A DNA stretch of 32,000 nt from Patescibacteria group bacterium (GCA_028713575.1 JAQTOB010000006.1:22729-54728), one strand, 5' to 3'. Shown: positions 8,153 through 16,392, numbered from the stretch's first letter. The notes: a model not told the origin generated them from the sequence alone. Made by a program: numbers and translations.

Positions 8153-9379
8153 ATGTCCCGTTTACCAATTATTACTGGCATTGATTTAGGCTCATCAACC
8201 ATTAGAATCGCAGTAGGAGAAATCAGGCCAGAGGGAGACCTTCATATAACTGGATTAGGAGAAGGACCGTCTGAAGGAATTAGCAAAGGAGTGGTTACCA
8301 GTATTGAAGATACGGTTTCCAGCATTTCCGCTTGTGTAGAACAAGTAGAAAGGATGACCGGTAATTCAATTGAGACCGCCTATATTGGCATTTCCGGCAG
8401 TCATATTATTTCTCAAGAAAGTCGAGGCGTGGTGGCTATTTCTGGCGCTGACGGAGAAATTAAACACGAAGACGTGGAAAGAGTTTTAGAGGCGGCAGAA
8501 AAAGTGGCGACCCCGGCCAATTATGAAATAATTCACGTTTTGCCCAGAAATTTTTCTGTTGACAATCAGGTTGGGATTATAGATCCAGTTGGAATGACGG
8601 GCGTTCGTTTAGAGGTGGAAGCGCAAATTATTTTGGGATTGGCCAATCAGATTAAAAATCTTAATAAATGTCTTTATCGAGTGGGAATAGACGCCAAAGA
8701 AATAGTTTTTACCGCTCTTTCTACGGCGGAAGCGGTTTTGAACAAAAGACAGAAAGATTTAGGTGTCTTGGTTCTCAATATTGGCAGTACGACTACGAGT
8801 TTTGCCGTTTTTGAAGAAGGAGATGTTTTAACCGCTAAAGTTTTACCTATTGGTGCTCGGCATATTACCAACGATATTGCTATCGGATTACGCATCCCGG
8901 TTGATTTAGCTGAAATAATTAAAATAAATTATGGTACTTCTTTAATAGAAAAGGCTAGTAAAAATAAAATTATAAATTTTAAAGATTTGGACGAAAAAGA
9001 ATCAGGGACAGTTTCACAGAAAGAGGTGGCAAAAATTATTGAAGCTCGGTGCGAAGAAATTTTTAAAATGACAGACAAAGAATTGATTCACGTTGACCGG
9101 AATGGTAAATTGCCGGCAGGCGTGGTTTTAACTGGCGCTGGAGCTAAATTAGACGGCTTAACAGAAACGGCTAAAAAAATTTTTAAAATGCCGGCTTCTT
9201 TAGGAGTTCCTCAAGGATTTGTTAGTGGCATAAATAAGGCCTTTGACCCGAGTTTTTCCACCGCCGTTGGTTTAGTTTTATGGGGCCAAAAATCAGTTGG
9301 CAAAAACAGTAAATTTATTTCAAAATTAAAGATAGGGTCAAAAATAAAAAAAATATTTAAAAATTTAATGCCGTATTAG
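8153..9379 (+). CDS. ftsA: Cell division protein FtsA
   Basis: It has an actin-like ATPase fold (GIDLGSSTIRIAVGE, VLNIGSTTTSFAVF, VVLTGAGAKL) and a C-terminal amphipathic tail. Confidence 0.88.
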   Translation: MSRLPIITGIDLGSSTIRIAVGEIRPEGDLHITGLGEGPSEGISKGVVTSIEDTVSSISACVEQVERMTGNSIETAYIGISGSHIISQESRGVVAISGADGEIKHEDVERVLEAAEKVATPANYEIIHVLPRNFSVDNQVGIIDPVGMTGVRLEVEAQIILGLANQIKNLNKCLYRVGIDAKEIVFTALSTAEAVLNKRQKDLGVLVLNIGSTTTSFAVFEEGDVLTAKVLPIGARHITNDIAIGLRIPVDLAEIIKINYGTSLIEKASKNKIINFKDLDEKESGTVSQKEVAKIIEARCEEIFKMTDKELIHVDRNGKLPAGVVLTGAGAKLDGLTETAKKIFKMPASLGVPQGFVSGINKAFDPSFSTAVGLVLWGQKSVGKNSKFISKLKIGSKIKKIFKNLMPY

Positions 9380-9457
9380 TTTTATTGTGCGCATCTTTCT
9401 AAAAATGTTTTAGTTCTACATTTGGGGAGATGCTTAATTTATTTAATTTCTAACGGA

Positions 9458-9883
9458 ATGAGAATTTTGGCCATTGATTATGGAAGCCGGCAAATGGGAT
9501 TAGCCTTAGCTGACGATAAGATAAGAATAGCTACGCCTTATAGGATTTTGCCGGCAAAAGAAGAAGACGCCTTTTTTATTGAATTAAAAAAAATAATTTT
9601 TCAAGAAAAAGTAGAGAAAATTATTATTGGCCGACCCGTTTCTTTATTAAGTAAAGAAACAACCCAAACGGAAAAAACAGATTTTTTTATTAAAACCATA
9701 AAAGAAAAGATAAAATTGCCCATTGTTATTGTAGATGAAAGATTAACCAGCAAAATGGCGGATAAATTATTATTTGACAATCAAACGGAAAACCACGCGA
9801 TTGCGGCCAGCATTATTTTGCAAAATTATCTTAGTCGCACTTCAGGCGAAAATTCAAGAAGCAAAATTGACGTTAAAGATTAA
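9458..9883 (+). CDS. ruvX: YqgF/RuvX-family putative pre-16S rRNA nuclease / Holliday junction resolvase
   Basis: The product starts MRILAIDYGSRQMGLALAD and contains VDERLTS. The start is moved from TTG 9422 to ATG 9458. Confidence 0.8.
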   Translation: MRILAIDYGSRQMGLALADDKIRIATPYRILPAKEEDAFFIELKKIIFQEKVEKIIIGRPVSLLSKETTQTEKTDFFIKTIKEKIKLPIVIVDERLTSKMADKLLFDNQTENHAIAASIILQNYLSRTSGENSRSKIDVKD

Positions 9884-9942
9884 TTTTGTTTTAGTTAAAC
9901 AGTTCTCATGTTCTTATGTTCATCCTTAATGGGGACCACTCC

Positions 9943-10046
9943 TTGATGGGGACGCACCTCATTAGTTTCCTTTCCTCATCAGTCTTCTCATTAGTTTCTC
10001 CTTATCAGTTCTTCCTAAATGATTAAATGTCAAATGAAAATTTGGA
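9943..10046 (+). promoter_or_regulatory. Bipartite conserved upstream module (copy 2) ahead of the GT4 gene
   Basis: The same two boxes as 1725-1806 are present (9943-9966 and 10017-10046). They are separated by four ~13-nt CT-rich TCATYAGTYTC-like tandem words. Confidence 0.6.
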
Positions 10047-10081
10047 GCTTGACATTTGTTTCTATGTTCTAATGTTTTTTT

Positions 10082-11191
10082 ATGGAATTATTATTTTTTT
10101 TAATTAGTTTTTTCGTAGCGGTTATTTTAACTTTTTTGATAAGAAAATTGGCCTTGAAACTGAAAATAATAGACGTTTCCGGAATAGACGAAAGAAAAAT
10201 TCACAAGGAATCCACACCCCTTTTAGGTGGGTTAGCGATTTTTCTTTCTTTTTTTATTGTTTTATTTATTGTTAGATTATTTTGGTGGCCTGCCTGCGTG
10301 AGCGGGACGGTTGATAAAGTTTTAGACAAATATTTGATTGGCTTGTTTATTGCCGGCGCTTTTCTTATGGTTGGCGGAATTTTAGATGATAAATATTGTT
10401 TAAGTCCTAAAAAACAGATTATTTGGCCGATTTTGGCATGTTTAATCGTAATTATTAGTGGAATTGGCGTAAAATATATTAATAATCCTTTCGGTTCTGG
10501 ATATTTACATTTTGATAAAATAAAATTTGAAATCGCGCGTTTTAGCAATACTCCTTATTATTTTATTCCTTGGTCAGACATTATTACTTTTATTTGGTTA
10601 ATGCTTTTAATGTATTCCACTAAATTGTTAGACGGTTTAGATGGTTTGGTTTCCGGCATAACAGTAATCGGCGCTTTAATTATTGCCGGATTTTGTTTTT
10701 TAACGCCGTTTTTTCAACCAGACGTGGGGATTATGTCTTTAATTTTAGCTGGCGCGAGTTTGGGATTTCTTTGTTTTAATTGGCATCCGGCTAAGATATT
10801 TTTAGGAGAAGGAGGAAGTCTTTTTGTCGGATTTATGCTGGGTATTTTAGCTATAATTTCCGGAAGCAAGGTGGCAACCGCTTTTTTGATTTTAGGCCTG
10901 GCAATTATTGATTTAATTAGCGTAGTGATGCAAAGAATTTTTATTGACCATAAATCTCCTTTTAAGGGTGACCAAAAGCATTTTCATTTTCGTTTGCTAA
11001 AATTCGGCCTTTCTCATCGTTTAGTGGTAATACTTTATTGGTTAATTGCCGTGATTTTTGGCTTAAACGCTTTAATTTTTAAAACTAAGGGAAAAATCAT
11101 TATTTTAGTTGTTTTAATTCTTTTGAGTTTGGGTTTTACTACATTTTTTTCTTTTAAAGAGAAAAAAATTTGTCAAAAAACGTTAAAATAA
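10082..11191 (+). CDS. Polyprenyl-phosphate N-acetylhexosamine-1-phosphate transferase, MraY/WecA family (GT4)
   Basis: The product has about 10 TM segments plus ILDDKY, KLLDGLDGL and NWHPAKIFLGEGGSLFVGF motifs. The usual F-x-G-D-x-GS Asp is Glu here. Confidence 0.8.
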   Translation: MELLFFLISFFVAVILTFLIRKLALKLKIIDVSGIDERKIHKESTPLLGGLAIFLSFFIVLFIVRLFWWPACVSGTVDKVLDKYLIGLFIAGAFLMVGGILDDKYCLSPKKQIIWPILACLIVIISGIGVKYINNPFGSGYLHFDKIKFEIARFSNTPYYFIPWSDIITFIWLMLLMYSTKLLDGLDGLVSGITVIGALIIAGFCFLTPFFQPDVGIMSLILAGASLGFLCFNWHPAKIFLGEGGSLFVGFMLGILAIISGSKVATAFLILGLAIIDLISVVMQRIFIDHKSPFKGDQKHFHFRLLKFGLSHRLVVILYWLIAVIFGLNALIFKTKGKIIILVVLILLSLGFTTFFSFKEKKICQKTLK

Positions 11192-11226
11192 ACATTTTTT
11201 TGTTTTAAAACGAAATTTATTTTAAA

Positions 11227-11254
11227 TTGACAGTCGGTAAAATGGTGATATAAT
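11227..11254 (+). promoter_or_regulatory. Near-consensus sigma70 promoter: TTGACA-N16-TGaTATAAT
   Basis: TTGACA is at 11227-11232, TG at 11246-11247 and TATAAT at 11249-11254. The predicted +1 (11261) is the A of the second ATG of the ORF. Confidence 0.65.
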
Positions 11255-11260
11255 ATGCTT

Positions 11261-12790
11261 ATGGACAAACAAATTCAAGAAAAAAATTCTTCTAATAACA
11301 TTGTTTTTTTTGCCGAAACCAATTATCGCAACATCAGGCGCAAGTTTGGTGTCAAAGATAAAGATCGTCGGCAACACATGTATTTGGTGGGGAAAACCGG
11401 GGTGGGCAAGTCAACGGTATTTGAAAATATGATTTTTCAAGATATTCAGGCCGGTCGCGGATTAGCTATTGTTGATCCGCATGGCGAATTGGCGGAAAAA
11501 GTTTTAGATTTTATCCCCGCAAACAGAATCAATGATACAATTTATTTTAATCCGGCCGATGCGGAAAATCCCTTTGCCTTTAATGTTTTGGAACGGGTGG
11601 GGCCAGAACATCGGCATTTGGTCGCTTCTGGTTTGGTGGGGGTTTTTAAAAAGATTTGGGCCGATTCTTGGGGCCCGAGATTGGAATATGTTTTAAGAAA
11701 CGCAATTTTGGCTTTATTAGAATATCCGGGCAGTACTCTATTGGGGATTATGAGAATTTTAGTGGACAAGGAATTCAGAAAAAAGGTGGTAGATCGTTTG
11801 ACTGATCCAGTGGTAAAATCTTTTTGGGTTGAAGAATATCCCAAATATCCGGAAAAATTAAGAACAGAAGCAATTGCGCCGATTCAAAATAAAGTGGGAC
11901 AATTTTTATCCACTTCTTTAATCAGAAACATTGTTGGCCAGATAAAATCAAAAATTGACATCCGACAAATTATGGATGAAGGGAAAATTTTAATTATGAA
12001 TCTTTCTAAGGGAAGGGTCGGAGAAGACGCTTCCGCTTTATTGGGTGCGATGATGATTACCAAGATTCAAATGGCGGCGATGAGTCGGATTGATATTTCT
12101 GAAACAGAACGACGCGATTTTTATCTTTATGTTGATGAATTTCAAAATTTTGCTACTGATTCTTTCGCTGATATTCTTTCTGAAGCAAGAAAATACCATC
12201 TTAATTTAATAATCGCTCATCAATATATCGGACAATTAATATCAGAAAATAGTCGGGTAAAAGATGCGGTTTTTGGCAACGTCGGGACAATGATAGTTTT
12301 TCGCGTCGGCGCAGAAGATGCGGAATTTTTAGCCAAAGAATTTCAGCCTCGTTTTGACGAAACCGATTTAGTTGATTTAGATTCGCACAATATTTATGTA
12401 AAACTAATGATTGACGGTATTACTTCTGAGCCGTTTTCGGCCGTTACTTTACCGCCCTTAGTCAAACCAGAAGGCAATAGAGATAAAATTATTAGAGTTT
12501 CTCGTGAACGTTATACTGAACCCAAAAAAATAGTAGAAGAGAAAATTGTTCGTTGGAGCGGTATTGTTGAATCTAATCAAGGATTATCTCGTTTGAATGA
12601 CGTGGATAAATATGAAGCAAAATGTGATAATTGCGGAGCAATAACTTATGTCCCTTTTATTCCCGATGGCGTGCGACCAGTTTATTGTAAAAAATGTTTA
12701 AAAGGCATGCAAAAGAATATCAAAAACGAAAAAGAAAAAATAATGAAAAAGGAATCAACTTTTTTTGATCAGCATCGTCGTCATCTATGA
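11261..12790 (+). CDS. TraD/VirD4-like P-loop NTPase with a C-terminal CxxC-x17-CxxC zinc ribbon
   Basis: It has Walker A GKTGVGKST, Walker B-like FYLYVDEFQNF and AHQY. The C-terminus reads CDNC-17 residues-CKKC, and I see no hydrophobic anchor. The start could be 11255 or 11261; 11261 is preferred from the promoter geometry. Confidence 0.75.
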   Translation: MDKQIQEKNSSNNIVFFAETNYRNIRRKFGVKDKDRRQHMYLVGKTGVGKSTVFENMIFQDIQAGRGLAIVDPHGELAEKVLDFIPANRINDTIYFNPADAENPFAFNVLERVGPEHRHLVASGLVGVFKKIWADSWGPRLEYVLRNAILALLEYPGSTLLGIMRILVDKEFRKKVVDRLTDPVVKSFWVEEYPKYPEKLRTEAIAPIQNKVGQFLSTSLIRNIVGQIKSKIDIRQIMDEGKILIMNLSKGRVGEDASALLGAMMITKIQMAAMSRIDISETERRDFYLYVDEFQNFATDSFADILSEARKYHLNLIIAHQYIGQLISENSRVKDAVFGNVGTMIVFRVGAEDAEFLAKEFQPRFDETDLVDLDSHNIYVKLMIDGITSEPFSAVTLPPLVKPEGNRDKIIRVSRERYTEPKKIVEEKIVRWSGIVESNQGLSRLNDVDKYEAKCDNCGAITYVPFIPDGVRPVYCKKCLKGMQKNIKNEKEKIMKKESTFFDQHRRHL

Positions 12791-13800
12791 AAAAGTTTTT
12801 ATTGTTTTTCATTTCTTTTTTATTGGGGGTTTCTCTAATTGTTTGGATTTATCGCCAAATTGATTTAAAGGAAGTTTTTTTACATTGCCGATTTTTAATC
12901 TGGCCGCAAATTTTTCTTCTTTTTCTTTTAACTTTAGGGAAAATAATAACTTGGGTTTTTCGCTGGAAAATGATTTTAAAAGAAATGGGATTCTCGCATT
13001 TGCCTTTTTGGTTTTTGTTTAGAGCGCGTTTGGGCGAAATGTCTTTAAGTTATATCACCCCGGGTATGTATTGCGGCGGAGAAGTGGTCAGAATTTTTGT
13101 CTTAAAGAAAAATAATAAAATAACTTTATTGCAAGGATTAGCTTCTGTTTTTTATGACCGGATTGCAGAAATAACTTCTTTTGGGGTTTTTGCCTTTTTT
13201 GGCGCGTTGATTATGATTTTTAGAAGAGATTTAATCGGCACGGGATTTTATATTTTATTGGGGACACTTGCTTTAGTTGGCGTTTTTTTAATTTTTAAAT
13301 TATTAAAATCAAATAAAATACCAAAATTAATTAAATTTTTACACCTGGATAAAATAAAATTTTTTCAGCAAAACAATACAGACTTAAAAGAAAAAGCAAA
13401 GTTTATTTGCCAATTAATCATAAATTTATTTAAAAATTCTCCAACCCTTTTTTTAAAAAGCATAGCCTTGACCATTTTAGGGTTTATTCTTACGGTTTTC
13501 CAAATAGTGTTTTTTGTTAATTTTTTAGGCGAATCAGGCATTTTCAGCAACGCCGTATTAGTCAGGATTTTAAGCCTTTTTTCCGGCATTATCCCGATTC
13601 CGGCCGCCTTAGGGATATATGAAGGTATTAATGTTTTATCTTTTCAAATGGTTCATCTGACGCCGGAAACAGGATTAAGTTTTACTTTAATCATCAGGAT
13701 GATTGATTTTATTTTCGTCGCCGCCGGATTTTTAATCATTATTTACTATTTAAGCCATCATTTTTTTCAAATAATAAATAATAAAAAAAACAATCGTTAA
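12787..13800 (+). CDS. Flippase-like multi-pass membrane protein (LPG-synthase TM domain family)
   Basis: The product has about 8 TM segments and the motif RWKMIL...ITPGMYCGGEVVRIFVLKK, which resembles the TIGR00374/PF03706 signature. Its start overlaps the upstream stop as ATGA. Confidence 0.6.
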   Translation: MKKFLLFFISFLLGVSLIVWIYRQIDLKEVFLHCRFLIWPQIFLLFLLTLGKIITWVFRWKMILKEMGFSHLPFWFLFRARLGEMSLSYITPGMYCGGEVVRIFVLKKNNKITLLQGLASVFYDRIAEITSFGVFAFFGALIMIFRRDLIGTGFYILLGTLALVGVFLIFKLLKSNKIPKLIKFLHLDKIKFFQQNNTDLKEKAKFICQLIINLFKNSPTLFLKSIALTILGFILTVFQIVFFVNFLGESGIFSNAVLVRILSLFSGIIPIPAALGIYEGINVLSFQMVHLTPETGLSFTLIIRMIDFIFVAAGFLIIIYYLSHHFFQIINNKKNNR

Positions 13801-13812
13801 TTTTTCATTTTG

Positions 13813-13836
13813 TCCGTCAGCTGACGGATTGTATTT
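13813..13836 (+). terminator. Perfect 16-bp palindrome TCCGTCAGCTGACGGA followed by TTGTATTT
   Basis: This is read directly from the sequence. It lies in the 48-bp gap between the flippase-like gene and alaS. The T-run is interrupted. Confidence 0.4.
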
Positions 13837-13848
13837 AGCGAAGCGTTT

Positions 13849-15699
13849 ATGAAAGCGGAACAAATCAGAAAAAGATTTATAGAATTTTTTAAAGAAAAGG
13901 GACATCAGGTCGTGAGCTCCTCTTCTTTGATTCCGGCCGACCCGACCGCTCTTTTCACTTCCGCCGGCATGCAGCAGTTTGTTCCTTATCTCAGCGGCAA
14001 AGACGACCCCCCTTACAAGCGGGCCTGTTCGGTACAGAAATGTTTCCGCACCTCTGACATTGATGAAGTCGGCGACGAATTTCATCATACATTTTTTGAA
14101 ATGCTAGGCAATTGGTCGTTCGGCGATTATTCTAAAAAAGAAGCCATTAATTGGGCTTTGGAATTATTGGTTGACTGTTATCATTTAGAAAAAGACAGGC
14201 TGTGGGTCACTATTTTTAAGGGTCAAGCGGGCGTGCCTCGCGATGAGGAAGCGAAAAAATTTTGGCTGGAAAATGGCATTAGAAAAGAGAAAATCAAGGA
14301 ATTCGGTTCGGAAGCCAATTTTTGGGGTCCAGTTGGTTCAACCGGCCCTTGCGGTCCCTGTTCGGAAATACATTATGACCGGGGTAAGGAATTCCAAAGC
14401 AAAAAATGCACTTTGCCTGATTGCGGCCCTAACTGCGGCTGCGGCCGTTTTGTGGAAATATGGAACCTGGTCTTTATGGAATATGACAAATCGGAAACAG
14501 GTGAATTTAGGAAATTACCGGCGCAGAACGTTGATACCGGCGCTGGTTTGGAAAGATTAGCCTGTATCCTGCAGGACAAGGAATCCGATTACGAGACGGA
14601 ATTGTTTCTGCCGATTATTAAAAAAATTAGAGAAATAGCTCAAGATGATGAAAATGAAATTTTGAATAGTAATAATTATGTCATTCCACCTAGCATTAAC
14701 ATACCTAAACGAAATCATCGGATTATTGCCGATCATATTCGCGGAGCTTGTTTCTTAATTGCTGATGGTGTTTTGCCTAATAAAGAAGACAGGGGTTATG
14801 TTTTAAGACGAATTTTGCGTCGAGCTATGTGCTACGGCAAATTAAGTAAATGCCCCGAGAATTTTTTAATTTCTATTATTCAAACAGTGATTGATAATTA
14901 TTGTGAAACATATCCAGAACTAAAAAGCAAACAAAATGATATTTTAACCGTTATTCAAAATGAGGGAAAAAATTTTAGCAAAGCGTTAGATAAAGGATTA
15001 AAAGAAGTAGACAAATTAAAAATGATTGGCGGGGTAGCAAGAGAAAAACCAGGAATAAATCCACCAACCCTTAATAGAGTTGATGCTTTGAAAGTTTTTT
15101 ATATTATTCAAACTTACGGAGTCCCGTTAGAAATAATTAAAGAAGAACTTGCTAAAAAACTTTTATTAGTTGATGAAGAAGAACTTCAAAAGGAGATTAG
15201 AAAGCATCAAGAAATTTCCCGTGCCGGAGTGAAGAATAAATTCGGCGGCGTGGGGGAATGGGGAGAGCAGGTCGCGGCTCATCATACGGCGACCCATCTA
15301 CTGCATCAGGCCTTGCGGCAGGTTTTGGGCAATTATGTGCAACAGGCGGGTTCTGATTTGACGCCAGAAAGATTAAGATTTGATTTTACTCATACGGAAA
15401 AGTTAACAGGAGAACAAATAAAAAAAACGGAAGAAATAGTTAATCAAATAATTGACCAAAAATTAGAAGTGAAAATGGAAGAAATGTCTTATGAGCAGGC
15501 GATGAAATCCGGAGCTTTGGCGTTTTTTAAGGAAAAATACCCGCAGACAGTTAAAGTTTATTCTGTCGGCAATTTTTCTAAAGAAATTTGCGCCGGACCA
15601 CATGTAAAAAATACCAGCGAAATAGGCAAATTCAAAATCATCAAAGAACAGGCGAGTGGAGCCGGCGTCAGAAGAATAAAAGCGATTTTAGAAAAATAA
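13849..15699 (+). CDS. alaS: Alanine--tRNA ligase, short form (catalytic, tRNA-recognition and editing domains; no C-Ala domain)
   Basis: Motifs include FTSAGMQQF, FEMLGNWSFGDY, GPCGPCSEIHYD, RFVEIWNLVFMEY, the editing-domain HTATHLLHQAL and the ending GAGVRRIKAILEK. At 616 aa it is far shorter than the ~870 aa typical of bacterial AlaRS. Confidence 0.9.
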   Translation: MKAEQIRKRFIEFFKEKGHQVVSSSSLIPADPTALFTSAGMQQFVPYLSGKDDPPYKRACSVQKCFRTSDIDEVGDEFHHTFFEMLGNWSFGDYSKKEAINWALELLVDCYHLEKDRLWVTIFKGQAGVPRDEEAKKFWLENGIRKEKIKEFGSEANFWGPVGSTGPCGPCSEIHYDRGKEFQSKKCTLPDCGPNCGCGRFVEIWNLVFMEYDKSETGEFRKLPAQNVDTGAGLERLACILQDKESDYETELFLPIIKKIREIAQDDENEILNSNNYVIPPSINIPKRNHRIIADHIRGACFLIADGVLPNKEDRGYVLRRILRRAMCYGKLSKCPENFLISIIQTVIDNYCETYPELKSKQNDILTVIQNEGKNFSKALDKGLKEVDKLKMIGGVAREKPGINPPTLNRVDALKVFYIIQTYGVPLEIIKEELAKKLLLVDEEELQKEIRKHQEISRAGVKNKFGGVGEWGEQVAAHHTATHLLHQALRQVLGNYVQQAGSDLTPERLRFDFTHTEKLTGEQIKKTEEIVNQIIDQKLEVKMEEMSYEQAMKSGALAFFKEKYPQTVKVYSVGNFSKEICAGPHVKNTSEIGKFKIIKEQASGAGVRRIKAILEK

Positions 15700-15758
15700 A
15701 TAATAAAATAATTAGAATGTTTTAATGTTAAGATATTCTAATGTTAAAATGAATTTCT

Positions 15759-16262
15759 ATGGCTATTGCAAAAAAACTTATTAATTATTTGGCGCAGAAA
15801 AAAATTAATTATGAATTAATTGAGCATCGTATTGTTTTTACCGCCTGGGATTTAGTTAAAACTCTGCACTTGAAAAAACCAGAAGAAGTTGCCAAAACCC
15901 TATTAGTTAAGATGGATAAAGAACCAGTTATTGTTCTTTTGCCGGCTAATAAGAATTTAGATAAGGCAAAGTTTAAGAAAATTTTCAATGCTTGGAGAAA
16001 AAAACAGAATTTGAAAATAATTAAAGATATTGATTTTTTCAAAGAAGCTTGGATGAAGAAGAATATTAAGATAGGAAAATTAGGCGTGATTCCGCCTTTT
16101 AGCCAGTTATTGAAAATGCCGGTTTTTGTTGACAATCTCGTGCTTAAGCCGGCAAAAATTATCGTTAATTCCGGGGAATACGGGGTTTCTTTAAAAATTA
16201 AGACTAAAGATTTTGTCAAAGCGGAACAACCGGTAAAAGGAAGTTTTAGTAAGAAAAAGTAG
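15759..16262 (+). CDS. YbaK/ProX-type aminoacyl-tRNA deacylase domain protein
   Basis: The 167-aa product has a pattern consistent with the YbaK/EbsC fold (HRIVFTAWDLVKTL, TLLVKMDKEPVIVLLPANKNLD, INSGEYG). Substrate specificity cannot be called. Confidence 0.65.
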   Translation: MAIAKKLINYLAQKKINYELIEHRIVFTAWDLVKTLHLKKPEEVAKTLLVKMDKEPVIVLLPANKNLDKAKFKKIFNAWRKKQNLKIIKDIDFFKEAWMKKNIKIGKLGVIPPFSQLLKMPVFVDNLVLKPAKIIVNSGEYGVSLKIKTKDFVKAEQPVKGSFSKKK

Positions 16263-16300
16263 AAAAAATAAAACATTTTCTTTCTTGGGGCCTTTTCTTT

Positions 16301-16392
16301 TCTTGGGGTCTGACCCCATTTGAGCCTTGGGGTCTGACCCCATTTGAGCCTTGGGGTCTGACCCCATTTGAGCCTTGGGGTCTGACCCCATG
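16301..16392 (+). repeat. Four tandem 24-bp units, each carrying the palindrome GGGGTCTGACCCC
   Basis: The palindrome occurs at 16305, 16329, 16353 and 16377, an exact 24-bp period. A partial fifth copy lies at 16281-16292. Confidence 0.95.

Noticed and set aside
13750-14579. Three alternative-frame ORFs over the alaS 5' half (13750..14088 minus, 14243..14560 plus, 14373..14579 minus).
   Set aside because: They appear only because this part of alaS is GC-rich and therefore stop-poor. The alaS frame carries unmistakable AlaRS motifs.
15809-16276. 155-aa minus-strand ORF opposite the ybaK-like gene. Other long antisense ORFs are similar: 30980..31333, 22715..23104, 24056..24325, 26501..26821, 7075..7401, 7271..7543, 2831..3133 and 10201..10548.
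   Set aside because: All lie entirely within well-supported + strand genes with recognisable conserved motifs. Their translations are low-complexity with no recognisable domains, so they are shadow ORFs.
16301-16392. Possible CRISPR array, given the regularly spaced palindromic repeats.
   Set aside because: The 24-bp units abut each other with no unique spacers. There are only 4 copies, and no cas genes or leader are in the window. It is a simple tandem repeat.
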